Source of the DNA: Clostridia bacterium
GTDB lineage: Bacteria; Bacillota; Clostridia; Christensenellales; CAG-138
Reading direction: 5' to 3'
NCBI GenBank assembly: GCA_017619735.1
Contig: JAFZRT010000007.1
Location: forward strand, 14,703 to 78,702
Length of the DNA: 64,000 bases
The notes under the pieces were generated by a model that worked only from the letters and a program-made list of their open reading frames with translations, was not told where the DNA came from and ran no database searches. Each line of letters opens with the position of its first letter. The stretch's first letter is position 1. Position numbers and translations under genes: made by a program. Below, piece by piece: positions 1 through 8,674 of this stretch.

Positions 1-1
1 C

Positions 2-541
2 ATACCGAGCGCCGCGGAGGAGGACGAAGCCGTCTCCGATCCGGCGGAGCTCGTAAAGCGGCTCTCGCTCAAAAAGGCGGAGGCGGTGTTCCGCTCCCTG
101 CCGGAGGAGCGCAGACGGGAGGCCGTGATAGTCGGTTCCGACACCGTCGTCGTGCTCGACGGGGAGATAATCGGCAAGCCCAAAGACCCGGATGACGCCT
201 TCCGCATGCTGCGCCGCGAGAGCGGCAGGGCGAACACCGTCTATACCGGACTCGCCGTTGTGAGGACGTCGGAGGAGAGCCCCGACGTCATGGAGAGCTC
301 CGTCGTCTGCGACGAGGCGAGGGTAAGGTTCGCGGAGCTGACCGACGAGGAGATCGCCGCCTACATCGCGACGGGGGATCCTTTGGACAAGGCCGGCGCC
401 TACGGCATACAGGGCTGTTTCTCCATGTTCATCGAGGGCATCGAGGGCAGCTATTTCACCGTGGTCGGTCTGCCCGTGCACATACTGTACAGGGAGCTCA
501 GGCGCTTCGGCGCCGTACCGAAGGGAATTGTTTTGAGCTGA
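2..541 (+). CDS. maf: Maf-like nucleoside triphosphate pyrophosphatase / septum formation protein; 5' end lies outside the window
   Basis: The frame stays open back to base 2, so the ORF-track start at 86 is an internal GTG. C-terminal motifs DKAGAYGIQG and YFTVVGLP are typical of Maf/YhdE. An mreB-like gene follows, as in many Firmicutes. Confidence 0.85.
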   Translation: MPSAAEEDEAVSDPAELVKRLSLKKAEAVFRSLPEERRREAVIVGSDTVVVLDGEIIGKPKDPDDAFRMLRRESGRANTVYTGLAVVRTSEESPDVMESSVVCDEARVRFAELTDEEIAAYIATGDPLDKAGAYGIQGCFSMFIEGIEGSYFTVVGLPVHILYRELRRFGAVPKGIVLS

Positions 542-637
542 TACCTTTTTCGGCAATAAAAGCCAAATAAAAAGAGTAAACCTCCGTGCGTCCGGGGAAT
601 AATCATTAGTGATATCACCCGAATACACGGAGGCTTC

Positions 638-1627
638 ATGTTTGAGACATTGATAGCGGCGGACGTCGGCTCCTCGGTAACGAGGCTCGCCGTCAGGAAC
701 GCCGTTTCGGAAAACGAGACGAGGGCGGCGCTCGACCCCGAGGATACGAGGCGCGTGCTGGCCGTAGGCAACGAGGCGCGCAAGCTTTTGAACACGGCGG
801 AGGCCTATCCCGTAAGAGGGGGAGGCATTGCCGACGTATCCCTCGCGGCGATAATGCTTCGGCGGTTCGCGCTCGACCTTCTGAAAAGGCGGCCGCTCTT
901 CGGAGCGTCGCTCGTTTTGGCCGTGCCCCTTGCGGCGAACCCGCTTTCAAGGGCGGCGGCGCTGGAGGCCGGACGCGAGGCGGGCTTCCGCAGGGTCGGC
1001 GTCATCGACAGTCTTATCGCCGGCGCGGAGGGCGCGGGGCTCGATTATTCGGGCTCAGGCGCGCGCATGCTCGTCGACGTCGGCCGCGACAGCGTAAAGA
1101 CGGCGATCTTCGCGAGCGGCGGGCTGATACGGGAGACCTTCTCACCGTTCGGCAGTTCCGCCGCGGACCGCGCGATCAGGGACCGTCTGGCGCGGGAAAC
1201 GCGGCTGATCATCGGCTCCCGCACGGCGGAAAGGATAAAAAAGAGCCTGGCGGCGCCCCTCGTAAGGGTCTGCGGGCGCGACCTCAAAACGGGGCTCCCC
1301 GCGACGAAGGATATCCCGACCGCGTCCCTGCGGCAGGCGGCGGACGGCTTTGCGGAGGAGCTCTCGCGGGAGATCGTCGCCGCGATATCCTCCGTGCATC
1401 CGGAGGCGGCGTCCGACCTTGTGGACAGCGGCGTCACGCTAACGGGCGGCGGCGCGCTGCTCTTCGGGCTGGGCTCCGCGCTCGAGGAGCGTTTGGGGAT
1501 ACCGGTATCGATCGCCCAAAACGCGGAGAGCGCGGTGATCGACGGCCTTGTCAGGCAGCTGCGCAGAGCGGCCGCCCAAAACCTTTCGGAGCTCACCGCC
1601 CGCGCGAAGGCGTCCGGGACGATATAA
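638..1627 (+). CDS. Divergent MreB/Mbl-like actin-family protein
   Basis: Colinear with MreB: VLAVGNEARKLL, GGIADVS, IIGSRTAERIKKSL, GRDLKTGLP, VTLTGGGALL, GIPVSIA. The phosphate-binding loops are degenerate (ADVGSSVT and VDVGRDSV instead of DLGTANT and DIGGGTT). A GGAGG RBS lies upstream. Confidence 0.7.
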   Translation: MFETLIAADVGSSVTRLAVRNAVSENETRAALDPEDTRRVLAVGNEARKLLNTAEAYPVRGGGIADVSLAAIMLRRFALDLLKRRPLFGASLVLAVPLAANPLSRAAALEAGREAGFRRVGVIDSLIAGAEGAGLDYSGSGARMLVDVGRDSVKTAIFASGGLIRETFSPFGSSAADRAIRDRLARETRLIIGSRTAERIKKSLAAPLVRVCGRDLKTGLPATKDIPTASLRQAADGFAEELSREIVAAISSVHPEAASDLVDSGVTLTGGGALLFGLGSALEERLGIPVSIAQNAESAVIDGLVRQLRRAAAQNLSELTARAKASGTI

Positions 1628-1633
1628 AAAAAC

Positions 1634-1671
1634 ATCCGGGGACGTCCGATATCCCCGGATATTTTCTTTTT
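1634..1671 (+). terminator. Intrinsic terminator after the mreB-like gene
   Basis: Stem ATCCGGGGA / TCCCCGGAT with a 9-nt loop, followed by a T-rich tract (ATTTTCTTTTT). Confidence 0.65.
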
Positions 1672-1724
1672 CTGCGCCTGATACCGGCGCCGCTTTTCGG
1701 GATTGCACCCTTTCAGGGTACGCG

Positions 1725-2279
1725 TCAGATCATTATGACGTGATCCTCGTTCCACTCGTGCGGCTCCTTGTCCGTTGCGCGGCGGCCGACGGAGATGGCG
1801 ATTGAGAACTCGAACCCCTCGGGGAAGCGGAACAGCTCGCGCATGGCGCGGCCCTCCTCGCCGGAGAAAGCGCCCTCCGGCATGCCGAGGATCACGCTGT
1901 CAAGGCCGATGCTCTTCGCCGCGAGGGCGATGTTCTCGACCGCTATGCCCGCGTCCACGCGGGAGAAATGCGCGGGCCTGCTGCATATGACCACTACGAG
2001 CGGCGCGCCGTAGGTCGGCTTGCCGCCGCGGGCCTTCATCCTCTCGGCGAACTCGACGTTGCCGGAGCGGACGATGCCCTCCATTATCTCATTGTCGAGC
2101 CGTTCTATCAGCGCGGCGTCCGTCGCGAAAACGAACCGCTGATCCTGCCTGTTCATTGCCGTGGGCGAGGAGAGCGCGGCCTTTTTAAGTACGGCGAGCT
2201 CCTTTTCCGTAAGCTTTTCGGGCTTGTAGCCCCTTATGCTGCTCCTTTTGAGCATCGCGTCCAAAACCATGTTTATCAT
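1725..2279 (-). CDS. Nitroreductase family protein
   Basis: N-terminus KRSSIRGYKPEKLTEKELAVLKKAALSSPTAMNRQ and overall length (184 aa) are typical of FMN-dependent nitroreductases. Confidence 0.8.
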   Translation of the reverse strand: MINMVLDAMLKRSSIRGYKPEKLTEKELAVLKKAALSSPTAMNRQDQRFVFATDAALIERLDNEIMEGIVRSGNVEFAERMKARGGKPTYGAPLVVVICSRPAHFSRVDAGIAVENIALAAKSIGLDSVILGMPEGAFSGEEGRAMRELFRFPEGFEFSIAISVGRRATDKEPHEWNEDHVIMI

Positions 2280-2423
2280 GTGCTTTACCTCCGTTCCCGA
2301 TTTGTTTTCATTATACCATATTATTCAAGAAAAAACCATAGCTTTTCCTGCCGTTTCCGCTCATGCGGAGCCGATTTTGCGCCAAAACTAATCACGGCAG
2401 AAAATCGAGAGGAGGTATTTATA

Positions 2424-2567
2424 ATGAAGCTTTGGGGCTTTGCGGCAGGCATGGCGCTCGGCATGACTGCGGCGACGGTCGCCGTCACGACGGTCTATCC
2501 GGGCGTCGCCAAAAAGATGAAGCGCGACGGCAAAAGACTGTGGCGCGGCATCACGAATATGCTCTGA
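2424..2567 (+). CDS. Small membrane protein (47 aa), function unknown
   Basis: ATG 7 nt after GAGAGGAGG. One hydrophobic helix (FAAGMALGMTAATVAVTTV) then a basic tail. A terminator follows. Confidence 0.45.
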   Translation: MKLWGFAAGMALGMTAATVAVTTVYPGVAKKMKRDGKRLWRGITNML

Positions 2568-2573
2568 GAAAGC

Positions 2574-2613
2574 GGAAGACGGCGGAGGGTGTGCTCCGCC
2601 GCCTTCCGTTTTC
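2574..2613 (+). terminator. Intrinsic terminator
   Basis: Stem GGAAGACGGCGGAG / CTCCGCCGCCTTCC with loop GGTGTG, followed by GTTTTC. Confidence 0.7.
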
Positions 2614-2654
2614 GGGCGCACGGACAATTATTTGGAAGAAATCGGTTTTGACTA

Positions 2655-2683
2655 TTGAGCGGAACCCGAATATATGTTATAAT
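2655..2683 (+). promoter_or_regulatory. Sigma-A-type promoter upstream of ireB
   Basis: TTGAGC, 17 nt, TATAAT, with a TGT extended -10 element. About 120 nt of leader lies before the ireB start. Confidence 0.5.
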
Positions 2684-2808
2684 AAAGTGAGGTTTTATAG
2701 TGACATGGCGATAAGACCCGCGCCCGGCGGGGTTTTCCGCGGGGCGAAAGCAATAACGGCACCCTGTGCCGAGAAAGGACGCCTTTAGAATCAGGCAACA
2801 GATCCAGC

Positions 2809-3078
2809 ATGAGCGGAAACATGAACACCATCAAATTCAAGATGCCCAAGGATAAGCAGACCGCCCACGAGGTGCTTATGCAGGCCTACTCCTCCATGAA
2901 GGAGAAGGGTTACGATCCCGTGAACCAGATAGTCGGCTATCTGCTCTCCGGCGATCCCACCTATATCACGAGCTACAACAACGCCCGCTACCTCATCAGC
3001 ACGCTGGAGAGGGACGAGCTCATCGAGGAGCTCGTAAAGAGCTATATCGAAGTCAACAGCTCCGGAGACGAAGAGTGA
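2809..3078 (+). CDS. ireB: IreB family regulatory phosphoprotein (UPF0297, YrzL-like)
   Basis: [47 protein letters not shown] nearly matches the B. subtilis YrzL core. The conserved neighbours ruvX and DUF1292 lie downstream. Confidence 0.9.
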   Translation: MSGNMNTIKFKMPKDKQTAHEVLMQAYSSMKEKGYDPVNQIVGYLLSGDPTYITSYNNARYLISTLERDELIEELVKSYIEVNSSGDEE

Positions 3079-4019
3079 AGTATTCAGCGCTCGGCAGGAC
3101 GGGCATAGAGGTATCGAAGCTCTGCTTCGGCACGCTTACCATGGGGCCCTTCCAAAGGGACCTCAGCGTAAAAGATGGGGCGGCTCTATTTGAGCGCGCC
3201 TTTTCCCATGGCGTCAATTTCCTCGATACGGCGGAGATATACGAGACATATCCCCACGTTCGGGAGGCGCTGCGCATAAAGCCCGACGCCGTCGTCTGCA
3301 CGAAGAGCTATTCCTACGACACGAAGACCGCGGAGGCCTCCTTCAGAAAGGCCGTCGAGGGCATCGGCCGCGACTATATCGACGTGTTCCTCCTCCACGA
3401 GCAGGAGAGCGGCCTCACGATAAAGGGGCATTGGGAGGCCATAGAGTACTTCCTCCGCAAAAAGGAGGAGGGACGGATCGGCGCGATCGGCCTCTCGACC
3501 CACTACGTCGCCTGCATGAACGCGGCGATCAGGGTGAACGAGCTCGACGTGCTCTTCCCGCTGATAAACAAGAAGGGGGTCGGCATCGCCGACGGCACCG
3601 CCGAGGATATGCTTGACGCGATACGCCGCGCCCGCGAAGCGGGCAAGGGCATAATCGCGATGAAGCCCCTGGGCGGCGGCCACCTCATCTCGGAGCGAGA
3701 GGAGGCGCTGAGGTTCATACTCGGCGTTCCCGACGTCGACACCATCGCGATAGGCATGCAGTCGATCGACGAGGTCGATTACGACTGCGCCGTGTTCTCC
3801 GGGGAGGAGCCCGATCCCGAGCTTGCCGAAAGACTGGGCCGGGTCAGGCGGAGGATGCTGATACAGGATTGGTGCCAGGGCTGCGGAACATGCGTCGGCG
3901 CCTGCCGCAATCACGCGATCGGCATGGAGGACGGCATAGCCAGGATCGACTACTCCAAATGCGCCACCTGCGGCTACTGCGCGCGGGTCTGCCCCAATTT
4001 CAATATCAAAGTCATTTAA
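3075..4019 (+). CDS. Aldo/keto reductase fused to a C-terminal 2x[4Fe-4S] ferredoxin domain
   Basis: The GTG start overlaps the ireB stop (GTGA). AKR-like N-terminal region ([24 protein letters not shown]). C-terminal cluster motifs [11 protein letters not shown] and [12 protein letters not shown]. Confidence 0.8.
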   Translation: MKYSALGRTGIEVSKLCFGTLTMGPFQRDLSVKDGAALFERAFSHGVNFLDTAEIYETYPHVREALRIKPDAVVCTKSYSYDTKTAEASFRKAVEGIGRDYIDVFLLHEQESGLTIKGHWEAIEYFLRKKEEGRIGAIGLSTHYVACMNAAIRVNELDVLFPLINKKGVGIADGTAEDMLDAIRRAREAGKGIIAMKPLGGGHLISEREEALRFILGVPDVDTIAIGMQSIDEVDYDCAVFSGEEPDPELAERLGRVRRRMLIQDWCQGCGTCVGACRNHAIGMEDGIARIDYSKCATCGYCARVCPNFNIKVI

Positions 4020-4035
4020 GGAAGGAACTGAAAGG

Positions 4036-4467
4036 ATGTACCGCTATTTCGGCGTCGACGTCGGCGACAAAAGGATAGGCCTTGCCGTAACGGACGCCCT
4101 GGGCTTCACGGCGCAGGGGCTCGAGACGTACGCCCGCACCGGCGACGACGAGAGGGACGCCGCATACATAAGAGAAGCCGCGATGAAATGGGCTCCCTGC
4201 CGCATCGTTTTCGGCCTGCCTCGCAATATGGACGGCTCCTACGGCTTCGCCTGCGACAAGGTGAAGGCCTTTGCCGAGCTCGTGCTCGACGGCTGGGAGG
4301 GCGAACACGATTTCTACGACGAGCGCCTATCCACCATGGCGGCCGAGCGCTTCCTCTATGAAGCGGAGCTCAAATGGCAGAAGCGCCGCAAGGTCGTGGA
4401 CAAGATCGCCGCGCAGGTGATACTGGAGGGCTACATGACGCTTAAGCCCGTCAAGCTCGATCAATAA
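4036..4467 (+). CDS. ruvX: Holliday junction resolvase-like RuvX (YqgF/YrrK)
   Basis: N-terminus FGVDVGDKRIGLAVTD, plus GLPRNMDGS and a 143-aa length are typical of YqgF. Confidence 0.9.
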   Translation: MYRYFGVDVGDKRIGLAVTDALGFTAQGLETYARTGDDERDAAYIREAAMKWAPCRIVFGLPRNMDGSYGFACDKVKAFAELVLDGWEGEHDFYDERLSTMAAERFLYEAELKWQKRRKVVDKIAAQVILEGYMTLKPVKLDQ

Positions 4468-4484
4468 CAGAAAGGATCGTTATT

Positions 4485-4778
4485 ATGGAAAGGAATTACG
4501 ACGGACCGACCGCCGTCACCCTGATAGGAGAGGACGGCAAAGAGGTGACGCTCCTGCACGAGCTCACCTTCATGTACGAGAACGAGCGCTACATGGCGCT
4601 GACTCCGGATACGGACGGGGAGGACGAAGAGGCGGAGGTCCTCTTCATGAAGCTCGTGAAGGAAAACGGCGAGGACGCGCTCGCCCCCGTCGAGAACGAG
4701 GTGCTCCTCGACGAGCTCTTCGAGGTCTTCTGCGAACTCATGGACGGAGACGGGGAAGAGGGTCCCGAAGAGGAATAA
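4485..4778 (+). CDS. DUF1292 (YrzB/UPF0473) domain protein
   Basis: Small acidic protein with ERYMALTP...EVLFMKLV. It sits in the conserved position after ruvX. Confidence 0.8.
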   Translation: MERNYDGPTAVTLIGEDGKEVTLLHELTFMYENERYMALTPDTDGEDEEAEVLFMKLVKENGEDALAPVENEVLLDELFEVFCELMDGDGEEGPEEE

Positions 4779-4786
4779 CGCAAACG

Positions 4787-4825
4787 AAAAAAAGAGCCGG
4801 TAAGCAATACCGGCTCTTTGTATTT
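4787..4825. terminator. Bidirectional intrinsic terminator between convergent genes
   Basis: A-run, stem AGAGCCGGTA / TACCGGCTCT with a 5-nt loop, then a T-rich tract. Confidence 0.75.
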
Positions 4826-4829
4826 GCGC

Positions 4830-5513
4830 TCAGTCGAGGTCGAAGCGGAACTGCTCCTCGACGGTCTCCTCCACGTAGGGATCGAGCACGAGGACGCGGT
4901 CCTCGCCGAGGGTGTTCTTGTAGATGTTCGCTTCGCAGTCGTTCAGCTTGTGTATGCGGCAGTCCTGGACCGTCGCGACGAAGTTCGAGCAGTCGTCGAT
5001 GCCGACGCTGCATATCGGCGTCCTAAAATGCATGGGGATAACGACGGACGGGCGAAGGTCGTTCGCGAACCTGCGCGCGCCGACGTAGTCGAGCGTGTAG
5101 GTTCCGCCGATGGGCACGAGCAGTACGTCGACCACGCCGATATCTGCAAGCTGCTCGCGGGAGAGGAAATGCCCGATATCGCCCGCGTGCAGTATGCGGA
5201 TGCCGTCCATCTCGTAAAGGTACATCATGTTGGGGCCGCGGCGCTTGCCGCCCTCGTCGTCGTGGAACGCGGGGAAACCGATGATCTTAACGCCCTTGAC
5301 CTCATGCTCGCCCTCGTCGGTTATTATGACGGGCTCGCCCTCGGCGGCCTCTATGAAGTTATGATCGAAATGATCGTGGCTCACGGTAACGGCGTCGCAG
5401 GGGATCTTGCCGATCTTGTAGCCCGTCTCGGGGCCGCAGGGATCCGCAAGGACGGCGGTGCCGTTCTCATCGGTGAGCAGGAAGCAGGATTGGCCGTACC
5501 ATTTTATTTTCAT
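4830..5513 (-). CDS. MBL-fold metallo-hydrolase (UPF0173-like)
   Basis: MKIKWYGQSCFLL N-terminus and the HDHFDH metal motif. Confidence 0.8.
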   Translation of the reverse strand: MKIKWYGQSCFLLTDENGTAVLADPCGPETGYKIGKIPCDAVTVSHDHFDHNFIEAAEGEPVIITDEGEHEVKGVKIIGFPAFHDDEGGKRRGPNMMYLYEMDGIRILHAGDIGHFLSREQLADIGVVDVLLVPIGGTYTLDYVGARRFANDLRPSVVIPMHFRTPICSVGIDDCSNFVATVQDCRIHKLNDCEANIYKNTLGEDRVLVLDPYVEETVEEQFRFDLD

Positions 5514-6112
5514 TGTTTGTCACTCCGTTCGGGTATTATTTCCTGACTGAATGCCGCCGCCAAAGCAAGGGTGGTCTTCTTTCCCATCCTTTCGGGGCTG
5601 CCGGGCTTCGCCCTTCGGTGCTCCGAAACGACGGCGTGGGCTTCGCGGATCGCCGTGTTCCGGGAGGAGGGCGACGCCGCGAACACCGCGTGGAGCAGCG
5701 CCCGTCGGACGCTCCCCTCCGGTATCGCCGGATCTTCGGGCTTTGCGGTATCCGCCGCCGTCAGGAGCAGGGCGAGCAGATACCCGGTATCGTTCCCGAT
5801 CTCGAACGCGTCGGGAACGGAGCAGGGGGCAGCGGCCTGAACCTCGATCCATTCCACTGCGCCGTCGCTCAGGCGGAAGTCGATGTAGCCCGAGTCGATC
5901 CACACGCGTGAAAACATCGGAAAGCCGCAAAGCTTTACCCTGTTCATAATATTATATACTATGTCGCTTTCCCTGTCAAGCCCGTATTTGAGCGGCAGGG
6001 GGGAGACGATATCGTATGCGCCCGTGAATAACAGATCGCTCCCGTCCGCGCGGGGATAAAACTCCCGAAGCACGGGCAGGAGCTCGTTCGATACGGTATC
6101 TCTTGCGTTCAT
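5510..6112 (-). CDS. Hypothetical protein
   Basis: 4-nt overlaps with both neighbours suggest an operon. GYIDFRLSD is weakly reminiscent of the ArgRS N-terminal domain, which I cannot verify. The antisense ORFs here are R/G-rich artefacts. Confidence 0.5.
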   Translation of the reverse strand: MNARDTVSNELLPVLREFYPRADGSDLLFTGAYDIVSPLPLKYGLDRESDIVYNIMNRVKLCGFPMFSRVWIDSGYIDFRLSDGAVEWIEVQAAAPCSVPDAFEIGNDTGYLLALLLTAADTAKPEDPAIPEGSVRRALLHAVFAASPSSRNTAIREAHAVVSEHRRAKPGSPERMGKKTTLALAAAFSQEIIPERSDKQ

Positions 6113-7227
6113 CGGTTCTTTTTGGAGCGCTTGGCCGAGGGCAGCTTGATGCCGTCGAGTATCTTTTTGCCCTTCGCCGCAAGCTTCTTCGCGGGCTTCT
6201 CGTCCGCGGGGACCACGGCCTCGGTCTCCTTGTTTTCGGGGGCCTTTTTCTTTTTGCCGCCGAGCTTCGGAAGCTCGATCGGGCCGGAAGCGTAGAGCAG
6301 GCCGCGCATCTTCTCATGATGCTTGGAGAGCGGGAAATCGTAGGCGAGGAAGGGGAACTTCTTCGCGCCGAAGGTGAATACCGCGATGAACGCCGCAAGG
6401 AGCAGGCCCAGTATCACCGCCGCGCCGGGCAGCGTCATGCCGCCCTTTTCGCAGAAGGAGGAGACCCCCGCGGCGGAATACGCCATAAGTATATGCGAGA
6501 GCACGGCGGGTATTCCGGAGCGGAGCCGCCAGGTGAGCACGGAATGTATGAGGCCGATGAACAGCGCGACGAGCGCGGCGCATTCCGCCGCCGCGGTCGA
6601 GCTGACGCTCCACTTCATGTATCCGGCGACCGCGATGTACGCCGCCACGGCGTAGAGCACGGGGCAGATCACTATCGCGGCGATGGGGTGTATCCTTTCA
6701 AGACAGCTGAATATGAAGCCGCGGAATACTATCTCCAGCACCGCGGGCGCTATAAGCATCAGCAGGAGCTTGTTGTTCTCGAACGTGAGGGAGGACGAAA
6801 GCCTGTTGACGAATACGCCGAACTCGGCCGCCGCCTTGGCGGAGGAGGACTTCACTGCGAGGCAGATGAGCACGCTCATGGCGAGGGAGATCGCCGCAGT
6901 GAACACCAGCCCGATGGGGTTGAACCAGTTGACGCCGCCGCAGTCGTGGGGTGGGCGGAGAGCGATGAGGAATATCACGGAGGCGACGGCCGCCGCGACT
7001 ATGAACGCGGTGCGGAAAATGCCGTCGAGATTGGAGGTCACGGCGTCGCGCACGCTCTCCTCCACGTAGCTTTGGTCGACGGCGAGGCTGCCGCTCTCGA
7101 TGCGGGCCTCGGTCATGCGGCGCGCTTTCGCCTCATGCTTTGCGGGCACGGCGATGAACGGGTATGCGAACCCCGCGAATATCAGCAATGCGAGTATAAA
7201 GAATCCGATCCCCTTGACTATCTTCAT
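6109..7227 (-). CDS. CPBP-family (CAAX-type) intramembrane protease-like membrane protein with a Lys-rich C-terminal tail
   Basis: Multiple TM helices. The segment LEIVFRGFIFSCLERIHP resembles CPBP motif 1 (EExxxR). The tail is KKKKAPENKE...KRSKKNR. Confidence 0.55.
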   Translation of the reverse strand: MKIVKGIGFFILALLIFAGFAYPFIAVPAKHEAKARRMTEARIESGSLAVDQSYVEESVRDAVTSNLDGIFRTAFIVAAAVASVIFLIALRPPHDCGGVNWFNPIGLVFTAAISLAMSVLICLAVKSSSAKAAAEFGVFVNRLSSSLTFENNKLLLMLIAPAVLEIVFRGFIFSCLERIHPIAAIVICPVLYAVAAYIAVAGYMKWSVSSTAAAECAALVALFIGLIHSVLTWRLRSGIPAVLSHILMAYSAAGVSSFCEKGGMTLPGAAVILGLLLAAFIAVFTFGAKKFPFLAYDFPLSKHHEKMRGLLYASGPIELPKLGGKKKKAPENKETEAVVPADEKPAKKLAAKGKKILDGIKLPSAKRSKKNR

Positions 7228-7411
7228 GATACGCTTCCTCCGCGTCCCGACGGAGCGGAGCTCTCCTCATTCTCATTGATGCCCGGTCGCCCGCGGCATC
7301 CTCTAACAACATATTATAACAAAAATATCACATTATTTCAAGTATGACATGCGCTTCCGAAGGAAAAGCTATCAGCAGGAGAAAAAACTGTATCTCACGA
7401 AAGGAAAGCAT

Positions 7412-8188
7412 ATGGACGACAAGTCGGTTTTTCGCGGAAAGCGCGTGAAAAGGCGCCTCCGCATCTCGATCTTTTTGAGGAGGAACGCCCTGTTCATCGC
7501 CGTGATATTCGGCCTTGCTGTGCTGGGCGGCGTCTCCGCATTCATACTGAGCGGGAAGGGAACGGGGGAGGCCCCCGCGGGCCGTTCCTCCGACGAGAGA
7601 CTGAGCGAGGCGGAGAACAGCAAGTCGCCGGGACGTACGCAGATCACGGTGCGGCCTACCCCGTCGGAGCCCTCGGCCGGGACGCCCGAGCCGACGGCAA
7701 AGCCCACGCTCATACCGGATATGACGCCCGCTCCCTCGCAGGAGCCCGCGCGGACTGAAGCCGTCAAGTGGAACTCCCCCGTAAAGGGCCGGATAATACG
7801 CGGCTATGCCATGGACTGCCTGATCTATTCCAAGACCCTCGGCCAGTGGATGACCCACCGCGGCGTCGATATCGCGGCGCCGAAGGGTGAGGAGGTACGC
7901 GCCGTGGAGAAGGGGACGGTCGTGAAGGTCTATGACGACGACATGATGGGCACGACGGTCATCATCGCCCACGAGGGCGGGCTGTCGAGCGTCTATTCCG
8001 GGCTCCGCAGGGATCCCCCCGTGAAGGAGGGGGACGCGGTCGGATCCCGCGCGCTCATCGGCTACGTCGGCGACACGGCGATATCCGAATGCGCGGAGGA
8101 GAGCCACCTCCATTTCGAACTCATGCGGGACGGGGCCCCGATAGACCCGCGTACCGCGGTGCTCTTCACCACGGAGGGCGAAAACTGA
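7412..8188 (+). CDS. M23 family peptidoglycan metalloendopeptidase
   Basis: Start moved to the ATG at 7412 (AAAGGAAAG RBS); the ORF-track start at 7349 has no RBS. TM anchor, Pro/Thr-rich linker, then HRGVDIAAPKGEEV ... HLHFEL M23 motifs. Confidence 0.85.
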   Translation: MDDKSVFRGKRVKRRLRISIFLRRNALFIAVIFGLAVLGGVSAFILSGKGTGEAPAGRSSDERLSEAENSKSPGRTQITVRPTPSEPSAGTPEPTAKPTLIPDMTPAPSQEPARTEAVKWNSPVKGRIIRGYAMDCLIYSKTLGQWMTHRGVDIAAPKGEEVRAVEKGTVVKVYDDDMMGTTVIIAHEGGLSSVYSGLRRDPPVKEGDAVGSRALIGYVGDTAISECAEESHLHFELMRDGAPIDPRTAVLFTTEGEN

Positions 8189-8266
8189 ATCGACGGGCGC
8201 GGACGGGGAGCGGTATCATGGCCGCTCCCGTCTTTTTGCGCGCGGAAATATAAAACCCGCCGGCTA

Positions 8267-8294
8267 TTGACAAGCGGAAAAAAAGAGCTAATAT
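8267..8294 (+). promoter_or_regulatory. Sigma-A-type promoter
   Basis: TTGACA, 16 nt, TAATAT, about 35 nt upstream of the 8330 start. Confidence 0.5.
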
Positions 8295-8329
8295 TGATGT
8301 GGCAAATAACGAATCGGAGGCACAAAGAT

Positions 8330-8665
8330 ATGAAGCTGATGGTCATAACGATAGACGACTGCGACGAGTTCCTCGAGACTCTCGCCGGACTCAAGGCGCA
8401 CGGCATGAACGGCGTGGTGCTCCAGTCGACGAGTCTGAAGCACGCTCTGCTCAACAGCACCGTGGACGCGGCGCCGATATTCGGCTCCCTCTCCAAGGTC
8501 GTCAGCAATGATTTCGAATCCAGCCACACCGCGTTCCTGCTCCTCAACGACGACCAGATCGAACACGCGAAGCGCGTCGTGCGCCGCAACACCAACGGCC
8601 TCGGCAAGAAGGGCGTAATGTTCACGGTCCCCATAGCGGATTTCGAAGGCATAGAAGAGGAGTAA
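8330..8665 (+). CDS. PII-like small signalling protein, possibly DarA/PstA (cyclic-di-AMP receptor)-like
   Basis: Start at the ATG at 8330 (GGAGG 9 nt upstream). At 111 aa it is colinear by eye with B. subtilis DarA: MKLMVITI vs MKLIVAVV, TAFLLLNDDQIEHAKRVV vs TTFMIGVEDIRVNKALSL, GVMFTVPIADFEG vs ATVFVLPVDEFHQF. Confidence 0.45.
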   Translation: MKLMVITIDDCDEFLETLAGLKAHGMNGVVLQSTSLKHALLNSTVDAAPIFGSLSKVVSNDFESSHTAFLLLNDDQIEHAKRVVRRNTNGLGKKGVMFTVPIADFEGIEEE

Positions 8666-8674
8666 CGGGTCGAA

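Noticed and set aside
5513-5949. Several 89-136-aa ORFs in multiple frames (5513-5911, 5520-5930, 5551-5949, 5571-5840).
   Set aside because: They are Arg/Gly/Pro/Ser-rich overlapping frames within or opposite the 5510-6112 gene. There is no RBS or motif support.
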